Source: Pseudomonadales bacterium
Lineage (GTDB): Bacteria > Pseudomonadota > Gammaproteobacteria > Pseudomonadales > Azotimanducaceae
Direction: 5' to 3'
NCBI GenBank assembly: GCA_011525295.1
Contig: WTGV01000043.1
Location: forward strand, 1,593 to 65,592
DNA length: 64,000 bases
Below the pieces are notes generated by a model. The model saw only the letters and a program-made list of their open reading frames with translations, made no database searches and was not told the origin of the DNA. Position numbers and translations under genes: made by a program. Each line of letters starts with the position of its first letter. Within the stretch, counting starts at the first letter, position 1. Positions 55,529-64,000 of the stretch are shown here, piece by piece.

Positions 55529-56053
55529 CTACACCTCTGGGATAGCATATATTGCAGGCAAGTCGCGATATTTTCCATCTAGATCCATTCCTCTTCCTAT
55601 CAGAAATTTGTCGGGCGCAAACAGTCCGACATAGTCCGCATCAATCTTGGGTGGTTGGGACAATTTTTTCTGTACTAGAACTGCTGTATAGACCTTTTCG
55701 GCAAACGTGCTGATTTGATCTCTCAGGAACTTCAATGTAATGCCGTAATCTAGAACGTCGTCCATCAACAGCACGGAGCGACCTTTAATGTGTTCCGGTA
55801 GAGGTCCAATCACTCTCGGTTCATCTCCAACTACGCCTCGATATCGTTGTACTTGCACAAATTCCAGGGTCAGAGGTACTCGGAGCCTCCTAACAAGATC
55901 CCAGGCAAATGGACTACCGCCGCGCAAAACACAAAGACCTACAACTTCTGTCCCTTCTAAGTCGAGATCTATCTGGATCGCTAACCGATCAAGCGTTCGT
56001 TCAATGGCCGATTCTGAGAACAGCAGTACCGCACCATTTGGTGGGACACTCAT
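55529..56053 (-). CDS. hpt: hypoxanthine(-guanine) phosphoribosyltransferase
   Basis: PRPP-binding motif VLLMDDVLDYGITL. 174 aa. The start overlaps the stop of the upstream MscS gene (TAATG). Confidence 0.8.
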   Translation of the reverse strand: MSVPPNGAVLLFSESAIERTLDRLAIQIDLDLEGTEVVGLCVLRGGSPFAWDLVRRLRVPLTLEFVQVQRYRGVVGDEPRVIGPLPEHIKGRSVLLMDDVLDYGITLKFLRDQISTFAEKVYTAVLVQKKLSQPPKIDADYVGLFAPDKFLIGRGMDLDGKYRDLPAIYAIPEV

Positions 56054-57165
56054 TAACTCTCTGGGTTGATTTCGTTCTCTAAGTGTAATGTTTGCGTGGG
56101 GAACGCGAAGTCAGCCCCATGTTTATGAACGATGTCAGCTATCAAGAGAAGTATCTCCTCCTTAATCTCATGAAATTCGGTCCACACCGTAGTCTTCGTG
56201 AATGTGTACACGAAAAAATTCACAGAATAGTCCCCATACGACACCAAGTTAACCATGAGTGTCCGAGACGTGTCGATTGTCGGATGGTTCTTTAGCATCT
56301 CACGAACATCATCAATTACTTTTTTGGCCGTCGAAATGTCTTCATAACGAATACCGAATGTCTCGTAGATGCGCCGATTACGCATTCTTTGAGGATTTTC
56401 GACAGACAGATTCGCGAACACGGCGTTCGGTATATACAGAGGTCGTTGGTCAAAAGTTCGTATGCGAGTGATCCTCCACCCAATTTCTTCTACTGTACCC
56501 TCGATTTCTCGATCGGGTGAACGGATCCAATCCCCTACGGCGAAGGGTTTGTCGATAAACAGCATGAGCGCGCCGAAGAAATTTGCTAACAGATCTTTTG
56601 CGGCAAATCCTACTGCGATGCCGCCGATCCCCCCAAAAGCCAATACTCCCTGAATTGGCATTCCGAAGGCTTGCAGAATCATCAGAGCTGCAGTTATAGC
56701 TACGGAAGCGCGTAATACTTTGCCTACAGCACTTGCGGTAGCAGGATCCCAGCGAGACTCAGATCCGTCCCGACGTGGTTCCACCACGATTTGTTGAAAT
56801 TCTTTGATAAATCGACTAGCGAACCATGCCACAAAAGCGACGATTGCCGCAGCACGGACTGTACCAACATGCTCAAATATCGAATTTGCTGTCTCTTGAG
56901 TAAACGTGTCGCTGTAAATTCGGTTACCAGCGAAGCTTAATCCGACAACCCAAATAGCCCACCCAAGAGGTTTGTTCGCGGCACGAAACAGTGCATCGTC
57001 CCAAAGTGTTTGAGTGTCGCCGACTATGCGAGCGAAGCGATTTAGAACTCGTTTCGCGACCTCACGCGTAATCGCTGTTGCGAGAACGATCAGAAAAACG
57101 TGGAACCCAAGCCAGACCCATCTCATCCAGCCAGAGTTTTGGAGTGCTTGTAAGAACTCGTCCAA
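56053..57165 (-). CDS. mechanosensitive ion channel, MscS family
   Basis: N-terminal TM helices, then the pore-lining TM3/beta-domain pattern GGIGGIAVGFAAKDLLANFFGALMLFIDKPFAVGDWI. 370 aa. Confidence 0.8.
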   Translation of the reverse strand: MDEFLQALQNSGWMRWVWLGFHVFLIVLATAITREVAKRVLNRFARIVGDTQTLWDDALFRAANKPLGWAIWVVGLSFAGNRIYSDTFTQETANSIFEHVGTVRAAAIVAFVAWFASRFIKEFQQIVVEPRRDGSESRWDPATASAVGKVLRASVAITAALMILQAFGMPIQGVLAFGGIGGIAVGFAAKDLLANFFGALMLFIDKPFAVGDWIRSPDREIEGTVEEIGWRITRIRTFDQRPLYIPNAVFANLSVENPQRMRNRRIYETFGIRYEDISTAKKVIDDVREMLKNHPTIDTSRTLMVNLVSYGDYSVNFFVYTFTKTTVWTEFHEIKEEILLLIADIVHKHGADFAFPTQTLHLENEINPES

Positions 57166-57333
57166 TTAGATAGCCTCGTAAAGTAGAAACCGGGCGCGAA
57201 CAGAATTGAGGATTTTAGAACAATCGAAGGATGTTAGCTGAACATTTGACCGCTCGAAGCATGTTAAACCGTCGAAAACCACTACCAACTACCGAATTTC
57301 GTACAGTCTTGTCAAAAAACTGAACATAAAACC

Positions 57334-57380
57334 TTGCAAATATGTACCATTCTGTATATATTTATACTTTTCTATAACAG
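57334..57380 (+). promoter_or_regulatory. lexA promoter with an overlapping SOS-box-like operator
   Basis: TTGCAA (57334-39), a 17-nt spacer, then TATATT (57357-62). CTGTATATATTTATAC (57352-67) resembles CTGT-N8-ACAG with a degenerate right arm. A proper ACAG occurs at 57377-80. Confidence 0.5.
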
Positions 57381-57393
57381 AAGAGATTTCCAT

Positions 57394-58023
57394 ATGCCTA
57401 GAACGAAAAGTTCAAAATTGACAAAACGACAGCGTGAAGTTCTGATGATGATTCGTGACTGGACAACAGAGGCTGGTTTTCCTCCAACCAGACGAGACAT
57501 TGCGGAACACTTTGATTTTAAGTCTCCTAATGCGTCGGAAGAACATCTAAAAGCTCTTGAAAGAAAAGGCGTAATAACGGTACTTCGAAACACTTCAAGG
57601 GGTATCGTGCTATCGCCAGAATATCGGGAAACCGGTGGCCCAGCGGATATTCCTGTGGTCGGACGAGTAGCAGCTGGTAGTCCTGTTCTCGCGCAAGAAC
57701 ACATTGAAAGACATGTGAAAATACCTGAAACTCTCTTTCACCCAAAAGCCGACTACTTTCTAAAAGTTCAAGGCGACAGCATGATAAATGCCGGAATCTT
57801 GGATGGAGATTTACTCGCTGTACATAAGACTACTGAAGTTCGAAACGGGCAAATTGTCGTCGCTCGCTTAGACAACGAGGTGACCGTGAAGCGATTCGAG
57901 CGTCTATCTGAGGGTGACATCGCGCTGATACCTGAAAATAAGAACTACGCACCAATTAGAGTAGAAAACGACGCTAGCTTTGCTATTGAAGGAATCAGCG
58001 TTGGTCTCGTGCGCGAGCACTAA
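57394..58023 (+). CDS. lexA: LexA repressor
   Basis: MPRTKSSKLTKRQREVLMMIRD is the wHTH region. The cleavage site is VAAG, with catalytic Ser in GDSM and Lys in VKRF. The ORF-track TTG at 57334 is the -35 hexamer, not a start. Confidence 0.92.
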   Translation: MPRTKSSKLTKRQREVLMMIRDWTTEAGFPPTRRDIAEHFDFKSPNASEEHLKALERKGVITVLRNTSRGIVLSPEYRETGGPADIPVVGRVAAGSPVLAQEHIERHVKIPETLFHPKADYFLKVQGDSMINAGILDGDLLAVHKTTEVRNGQIVVARLDNEVTVKRFERLSEGDIALIPENKNYAPIRVENDASFAIEGISVGLVREH

Positions 58024-58027
58024 ATTT

Positions 58028-60664
58028 TCAATTTTGTTTGGATCTGAGTCCTTTCGTCTTGGCAGAGGACTCTGCCGTCCAAACACCATCTCTGTAGAAC
58101 GCGCTCCACTTCTTTGCGCCGTCTTCGGACTGGACGTATTGTTGTTCTAAGTTCCGAGAATATCGTACCAAAGTATGATTACCGTCGGGGTCTTCCGTTG
58201 GTGCTTCCAAAAGATATTTGAACTTTGGATCTAATTCATTCGCATGAGGTAAGAGTTCCAGTACCAGCGGAGCGCGGGTTTGCCGATGTTTCGGAAACTT
58301 ACTCGCAGCCAAAAATAGTCCAGATGCCCCTTCGCGCAGCACGAAGTGATCATCAATCCCTTCGCATCGCAGTTCTGGCATGTCAATTGGATCAGCTTTA
58401 GGTGGTGCGACTTTACCACCTCGCATTAATTTTCTAGTATTAGTGCACTTTTGATTTGTGCAAGCGAAGTATTTGCCGAAACGACCTTCTTTGATCTGCA
58501 TGTTCGATGCACACTTGTCGCATTCAACAATCGGTCCATCGTATCCAGCAACCTTGTAAGTCCCTACTTCGACTTTAAACCCTTGACAGTCCGGATTCGC
58601 ACACACGGACAACTTTCGACTCTCGTCAATCAGATATTCGTTCATCGGTGTTGCACAAGACTCGCAACGAGTTTTCTGTTTTAGTTCTCTTCCTTCTGTT
58701 TCTTCATCGTCTTGAACTCGCTTCTGTACGATAGGAGTTAAACTCAAAGTTTGCTCGCACCGTTGAGCTTTTGGCAATGAATACCCACTACAACCCAAAA
58801 ACACTCCAGAACTAGCAGTACGAATCATCAATTCTCGTTGACACTCTGGACACGGAATATCTGATTCGATCGGAATGTTCTTCCGCATCCCATTTTCAAA
58901 GTCAGCGGCACGTACAAATCGTTGGGCAAAATCGTCGTAGTAACCATTGAGTACATCTCTCCACTGCTCTTCTCCCAACGATATTCGGTCAAGTTCCTTC
59001 TCCATGTCTGCAGTGAACTCGTACTCCATCAAATTTTGAAAGTTTTCCATTAGCCGATCGGTGACTATCTCACCAATTCGTTCTGCGTAAAACCTCTTAT
59101 TGTGTAATGACACGTACCCGCGTTCTTGAATGGTCGTAATAATCGGGACATAAGTACTCGGTCGACCAATACCTCTTTTTTCTAATTCTCTTACGAGACT
59201 AGCTTCACTATATCGGGCTGGTGGTTTCGTAAATCTTTGTTTTTTCTCTAACGAGTGTCGTGTCAATTCTTCGCCCACCTGAAACTCAGGCAACTCTTGG
59301 GTTTCTTCGCTCTTAGACGTCGATGGGTAGACTCGGGTAAACCCATCGAACACTACAACTCTACCGCGGATAACTAACTCAAAGTCACCTGCTTGCACGC
59401 GAGCGGTGACGCTCAAGTACTCTGCAGGTTTCATTTGACACGCGACGAACCGTTGCCATATCAGTTCGTATAACCGTCGTTGGTCATTGTCCTTGACTTG
59501 AAGTTCTTTCGGTGTGAGTCGTACATCAGTGGGTCGTATCGCTTCATGTGCTTCTTGCGCAGCGCGTGCTTTGGTTTGATATTTGTTTGGTGAGGAAGGG
59601 GTGTACTTTTCTCCAAAATTAGATTGCAAGTATGAGCGCGCGTAGCTCACGGCTTCTTCTGACAAATTCGTCGAATCGGTTCGCATATAGGAAATAAATC
59701 CAGCCTCATAGAGATTCTGTGCTAATCTCATCGTTTTTCGCACGTTGAAGCCTAGTCGCGTCGACGCGGCTTGTTGAAGTGTTGATGTCGTGAACGGTGG
59801 ACTTGGATTTGCTTTGGTTGGTTTTTTCTCGAAACTGTCCACGATAAAGGTAGCTTTACTCAGTTCCAAAACTAGTGCTTCTGCTTCTTCCTTCGTTCCC
59901 AACGAACACTCTTCTCCTTGGTACTTGACTACCTGAAACTTGTACGTTGTGGGTTCCAAATCCGAAACTGTTTGCTCTGGCTTCTCCGGGCGGCTTAAAT
60001 ACGCGAATATTTCCCAGTATTCTCTGACATCGAAGACCCTGATTTCACGTTCGCGATCCACGACAAGTCGTACCGCGACGGACTGCACTCGTCCACCAGA
60101 TAATCGATTCGCTACTTTAGCGATCAGCAAGGGAGTCAGTTCAAAACCAACAACTCGATCCAAGAATCGTCGGGCTTGTTGTGCTCTCACGCGATCCATG
60201 TTGACTTGATCAGGTGATGCAAACGCAGAGGTAATTGCATTCTTTGTGATTTCATTGAAGACGACACGCCGAAAGCGCTCGGGATCACCGCCAAGTACCT
60301 CTTGGAGATGCCAAGCAATTGCTTCTCCTTCTCGATCCATATCAGTCGCGAGATAGACGAGATCAGAGTCCGACGCGGCCTTTTGTAAGTCGTTCACGAC
60401 TTGACGTTTTCCATCGACGATTTCATAATTTGCGTTCCAATCGCGGTAAGGATCGACACCGATAACTTCTACGAGCTTTCCCGCGGAATCGTTCTTACCG
60501 GCGTCTGCAACAATCTCGCGTAGTTGTTTGAGCGAGATGAATTGTCCTTTTTTTAGATCGCGAATGTGTCCTTTGCTCGACTTGACGACAAAGTCTTTGC
60601 CAAGATATTTCTTTATCGTAGAAGCTTTATTGGGAGATTCGACGATTACTAACGATTTGCCCAT
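58028..60664 (-). CDS. topA: DNA topoisomerase I
   Basis: Toprim N-terminus SLVIVESPNKA, active-site region ISYMRTDS, and C-terminal Cys4 zinc ribbons (CPECQ...C, CESC...C). 878 aa. Confidence 0.95.
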   Translation of the reverse strand: MGKSLVIVESPNKASTIKKYLGKDFVVKSSKGHIRDLKKGQFISLKQLREIVADAGKNDSAGKLVEVIGVDPYRDWNANYEIVDGKRQVVNDLQKAASDSDLVYLATDMDREGEAIAWHLQEVLGGDPERFRRVVFNEITKNAITSAFASPDQVNMDRVRAQQARRFLDRVVGFELTPLLIAKVANRLSGGRVQSVAVRLVVDREREIRVFDVREYWEIFAYLSRPEKPEQTVSDLEPTTYKFQVVKYQGEECSLGTKEEAEALVLELSKATFIVDSFEKKPTKANPSPPFTTSTLQQAASTRLGFNVRKTMRLAQNLYEAGFISYMRTDSTNLSEEAVSYARSYLQSNFGEKYTPSSPNKYQTKARAAQEAHEAIRPTDVRLTPKELQVKDNDQRRLYELIWQRFVACQMKPAEYLSVTARVQAGDFELVIRGRVVVFDGFTRVYPSTSKSEETQELPEFQVGEELTRHSLEKKQRFTKPPARYSEASLVRELEKRGIGRPSTYVPIITTIQERGYVSLHNKRFYAERIGEIVTDRLMENFQNLMEYEFTADMEKELDRISLGEEQWRDVLNGYYDDFAQRFVRAADFENGMRKNIPIESDIPCPECQRELMIRTASSGVFLGCSGYSLPKAQRCEQTLSLTPIVQKRVQDDEETEGRELKQKTRCESCATPMNEYLIDESRKLSVCANPDCQGFKVEVGTYKVAGYDGPIVECDKCASNMQIKEGRFGKYFACTNQKCTNTRKLMRGGKVAPPKADPIDMPELRCEGIDDHFVLREGASGLFLAASKFPKHRQTRAPLVLELLPHANELDPKFKYLLEAPTEDPDGNHTLVRYSRNLEQQYVQSEDGAKKWSAFYRDGVWTAESSAKTKGLRSKQN

Positions 60665-60774
60665 TTCCCTCCTTGGTGGTCAAATTTTGTAACCTAGTTT
60701 TGTACTGACGTCGTCACTTTAAATACATCAAGTCAGATGTAAAAACGATCGCTTGCGGCAGATACTTTCTTTTT

Positions 60775-61380
60775 TCAATCATACTCGGAATCGGTATCAA
60801 GTTGCTTTTTAAGAGTATTTCGCTCCTCAGAAATTGAGGTATTCAAGTGTATCAGCGAGTCAAGACCTTGCAACATAGACTGAATAAATTCATCGATGGT
60901 AGAAGAAACATTTTCGTATCCTAGCCAACGAACTTCCGTTCGCATACACTCGATCGCGATGCATCGTTCGGGAAAGAGATTTTTGATTCGATCTACTTCG
61001 GACCAATATTTTTCGCCTAGATTGCGACACTCCTCTGTAGTCTCGTGTAGTTGCCATTTCGTTTCAGAAGACTCGAGTTGATCTAAGGCATACGTTATCC
61101 ATTCGGGCACATCGGGGACTTCGTCCGGGTAAGTCTTCGACCAGGCCACACAACGTTTTTTGGGATCCAGTTTCTTACCGCTGGCCGTGACTCGATCTGT
61201 CAATGAAGCATTCACGTCAGTTATGTGTACCAACGATGTTGTGAGCCCACACTTTCTAGCCGTCACTCGTAAGTGTCCAAGTTGCCGAGCTCGACGCGAC
61301 GGTAGGACACTTGCAATACCACCGAACACCACCAGAAACGCGATGGAAATTAGGATGTATACTATGAGCTGCTTATTCAC
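60775..61380 (-). CDS. hypothetical membrane-anchored protein
   Basis: One N-terminal TM (LIVYILISIAFLVVFGGIASVL) and a soluble domain with no family I recognise. Confidence 0.4.
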   Translation of the reverse strand: MNKQLIVYILISIAFLVVFGGIASVLPSRRARQLGHLRVTARKCGLTTSLVHITDVNASLTDRVTASGKKLDPKKRCVAWSKTYPDEVPDVPEWITYALDQLESSETKWQLHETTEECRNLGEKYWSEVDRIKNLFPERCIAIECMRTEVRWLGYENVSSTIDEFIQSMLQGLDSLIHLNTSISEERNTLKKQLDTDSEYD

Positions 61381-61447
61381 TGGTCGGGATTAAAACACTT
61401 ACAAGACTTTTCCAAAAATTGTCTCGCGAATCAAATATACTAATCAC

Positions 61448-61879
61448 ATGATTTGCTATTCGCGCATCCTACTTGCGGTCGACTTAACTGATTCGTGCAA
61501 AGGGGTCGCTCAGCAAGCCTCCCTCTTGGCGAAACAGTGTGAAGGGCAACTACACATCGTACACGTTGTTGAACCGCAGAGCCTCGCTTACGGGGATGAA
61601 GTTCCGATAGACCTCACTTCACTTCACGAAGCCATCAATGATCAAGCTGTTTCCTATCTACGCGAGTTTGCGAAGGAGTTCGACATTCCAGAAGAACGCC
61701 AACATCTTGAATTTGGCATTATTCACCACGAGATCCATCGTATCGCGAAGGAGCAAAAAATGGAACTGATCGTTGTAGGTAGTCACGGCCGACATGGTTT
61801 AGCGATTCTTTTCGGTTCTACTTTAAATGATGTGATTCAAGCTGCTCATTGCGATGTGTTAGCCGTACGAGTAACATAG
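61448..61879 (+). CDS. uspA: universal stress protein
   Basis: ILLAVDLT...HIVHVV...ELIVVGSHGRHGL..LFGSTLNDVIQAAHCDVLAV matches the Usp fold pattern. 143 aa. Confidence 0.8.
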   Translation: MICYSRILLAVDLTDSCKGVAQQASLLAKQCEGQLHIVHVVEPQSLAYGDEVPIDLTSLHEAINDQAVSYLREFAKEFDIPEERQHLEFGIIHHEIHRIAKEQKMELIVVGSHGRHGLAILFGSTLNDVIQAAHCDVLAVRVT

Positions 61880-62054
61880 CGTTCCTCACTTTCGTCCTGA
61901 CGCACTCGACAATGTCAATTCGAGTTTAGCTCTCTGTATCATTTACACAAAACTCCCCTACCACAGTATCGAATTTGTTATACACGGACGTAAAACATTG
62001 TCGCGGCCAATGCTCACAACGCGCCGTTCCTAGCCGAACGAGGAGAGGCCGGTT

Positions 62055-63959
62055 TTGAGCTTCTTCTGTTTGCGAATACTCGTTTTTGCAGGCACGTATG
62101 TTTGCCTGATCCAGTTTTCCTCTGTCTATGCTTCAGACTTGGACACGCAGCGGGAACAGTACCAACAGGCTAAGAGTGCATTAAAGGCGGGGCGAAACAA
62201 TGAATTCCAACAACTCAAGAACAAGTTAACCGACTATCCCCTCTACCCCTACCTTCTATATAACGAAGCACTGAAACGTATGTCATCTTTGAGTCCAGAT
62301 GACGCGATCAAATTAAGAGCACAACTAACAGGTTCAGTCTTAGAGGACGAATTTTTTCGTCGATGGTTAGACACACAGGCTCGCAGAAAGCGTTGGCAAA
62401 TCTACGTCGATCACTTTGAACCTACCACCGACGCTGAACGACAGTGTACGTATTTACGTGCGTTGTTTCGCCTGGGATATGAAGACAAAGCCTTAGCTGG
62501 AGTACCCGAACTCTGGACTGTTGGTGTTTCACAACCTAAAGTGTGTGATCCAATCTTTGACGTCTGGATCAATAGAGGAAACCTGAATTCCGATATCGCG
62601 TGGACTCGATTGAAACTCGCGGTACAAGAACGGTCAACTATTCTTGCACGGTATCTGTTACGATTTTTTCCACGAGCCGAACAACCGACCGCGCGACTCC
62701 TATACGATGTTTATCGACGACCGTCAATCGTCAGAAATGTCAATCGATTCCCTGACAGTGCGCGTGGCCGCTACGCGTTTTCTTTCGGACTTCTACGTTA
62801 TGCTCGCGACGAAGCTAGTAAAGCACTAGTGCTATGGCAAAAGCACAGAGACGAGTTCGATTTCGACGAACAACTTGCGAATCGAACCCAAAACGAACTA
62901 GCATTTTGGGCTGCACGCGACGGTGTGGTACTCACAGAAGTCAATCCCAAATATACCTACGAGACGATTGAACGAATTGCTGACGCTGCAATTGCTAAGG
63001 GGGAATGGGAGATCGCTTACGAGTGGCTAGACAGCGTCGAAGATACCGAAAGATACCGTTACAAATGGCGGTACTGGTTCGCAAAGAGTTTGCAACAGAC
63101 TGGGTTGAACGGAGCACAAGAAGTACTTGAAGAGTTAGCTAGCGAACGAACCTACTACGGCTTTCTCGCTGCCAATGAAATTGATGTCCCGCTGCGAATG
63201 AACGCAAGAAGTCCGACCGCACTAGAAGAACGAAGCGACAAATTTCTCGCTGATATTCGAATCGCGCGCATTTTTGAACTTTACAAACTAGGCGAAGAAG
63301 ACAACGCGAAAGAGGAATGGTCTTGGTTGCTTCCTAGACTTGAAGACGACGCAGCCAAACACTGGATTCCTTATCGGATCGGTCAAATTGGACACCCGAA
63401 CCATGCCATTCTAGCAGCGTTTCGTGCAGACGCAGTTGATTTAGTGGAAACTAGGTTCCCGGTGTTATTTGTAGACGAATTCAAGAAATATTCCGAAAGA
63501 ACTGATATCGACGTAACCGTGTTGCTAGCACTTGCGCGGCAAGAGAGTGCCTTTAACCCCAAAGCAATTTCTCCTGTTGGTGCTAGAGGTTTGATGCAAC
63601 TCATGCCAGCTACCGCTCGCCGAACAGCGCGTAACATTAGAGTGCCTCAGCCGAGCTTGGTCGGACTACTTTACACGCCAACCAATATACAAATTGGAAC
63701 GTACCACTTTAGAGAATTGCTCGATGAATTTGATGAACATAAAGTGTTAGCCTTGGCCGCCTATAACGCCGGTTCTCACAGAGTCAAGCAATGGATCAAA
63801 GATGCAAGCGGTATGGATACGATTGCGTGGATTGAGACGATTCCTTTCTATGAAACACGTAATTACGTGAAAAACGTTCTTGCCTTTCAGCAAGTCTACT
63901 CCGTTTTGCTAGATGCTCCAACACCGATTCTTTCAGCGCACGAAAAGACAATTCCTTAA
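62055..63959 (+). CDS. slt: soluble lytic murein transglycosylase (Slt70-like)
   Basis: Signal peptide, a superhelical U-domain, and the catalytic motif ARQESAFNPKAISPVGARGLMQLMPATA...AYNAG. TTG start with a GGAGAGG SD. Confidence 0.85.
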   Translation: MSFFCLRILVFAGTYVCLIQFSSVYASDLDTQREQYQQAKSALKAGRNNEFQQLKNKLTDYPLYPYLLYNEALKRMSSLSPDDAIKLRAQLTGSVLEDEFFRRWLDTQARRKRWQIYVDHFEPTTDAERQCTYLRALFRLGYEDKALAGVPELWTVGVSQPKVCDPIFDVWINRGNLNSDIAWTRLKLAVQERSTILARYLLRFFPRAEQPTARLLYDVYRRPSIVRNVNRFPDSARGRYAFSFGLLRYARDEASKALVLWQKHRDEFDFDEQLANRTQNELAFWAARDGVVLTEVNPKYTYETIERIADAAIAKGEWEIAYEWLDSVEDTERYRYKWRYWFAKSLQQTGLNGAQEVLEELASERTYYGFLAANEIDVPLRMNARSPTALEERSDKFLADIRIARIFELYKLGEEDNAKEEWSWLLPRLEDDAAKHWIPYRIGQIGHPNHAILAAFRADAVDLVETRFPVLFVDEFKKYSERTDIDVTVLLALARQESAFNPKAISPVGARGLMQLMPATARRTARNIRVPQPSLVGLLYTPTNIQIGTYHFRELLDEFDEHKVLALAAYNAGSHRVKQWIKDASGMDTIAWIETIPFYETRNYVKNVLAFQQVYSVLLDAPTPILSAHEKTIP

Positions 63960-64000
63960 ATAGAGATGTCTACGTTGATTGTTCCAACAATTACTCTTGG

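Noticed and set aside
57334-57393. The ORF-track TTG start at 57334, which extends LexA by 20 aa (MQICTILYIFILFYNRRDFH).
   Set aside because: That stretch is the promoter and operator: TTGCAA is the -35 hexamer, followed by the SOS-like box. The ATG at 57394 gives the canonical LexA N-terminus.

Overview
This is a chromosomal segment from a Gammaproteobacterium, roughly mid-40s % GC by eye. I call about 55 CDS and one tRNA-Glu(UUC). I recognised no rRNA, CRISPR array, transposase, integrase or phage genes. From memory, the gene order resembles the Pseudomonas-type backbone: ETF-QO/etfBA, then long-form gap - mfd - CsiV-like - MTA/MTI phosphorylase ... lexA - topA.

Left to right, the blocks are:
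- a MurF-like ligase with its 5' end off-window
- an ABC-2 ATPase followed by three tandem NatB-like permease paralogues
- a Tat-exported sulfite-oxidase-family Moco enzyme plus a mono-haem cytochrome c
- an orphan sigma70-region-4/multi-wHTH protein placed 19 nt upstream of moaA
- ETF-QO and etfBA, then pyrB
- an orphan P-loop/wHTH ATPase
- a type II secretion cluster gspE-M that lacks gspC, gspD, gspN and gspO
- a PhnB-like VOC protein
- a 550-bp ORF-free convergent spacer
- an asymmetric heterodimeric ABC exporter
- a Tat-signal cupin resembling a thiol dioxygenase
- znuA/znuCB
- tRNA-Glu
- a tightly coupled DUF815-ATPase/DUF481-porin pair
- putP and long-form GAPDH
- a korAB 2-oxoacid:ferredoxin oxidoreductase operon led by a GltD-like flavoprotein fused to a 2x[4Fe-4S] ferredoxin
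- mfd, a CsiV-like gene and mtnP
- a class-II Fic protein flanked by long spacers
- a TlpA-like lipoprotein, hpt, an MscS-family channel, lexA, topA, uspA and slt

Most of the window looks like core genome. The candidates I rate highest for a second look are:
- the sigma-r4/wHTH orphan
- the triple-permease ABC-2 locus
- the orphan ATPase sitting where gspCD would be expected
- the kor/GltD-Fd module
- the DUF815-DUF481 pair
- the mfd start-codon anomaly
- the ORF-free spacer
- the Fic islet

All calls rest on motif recognition by eye. No database search was run.
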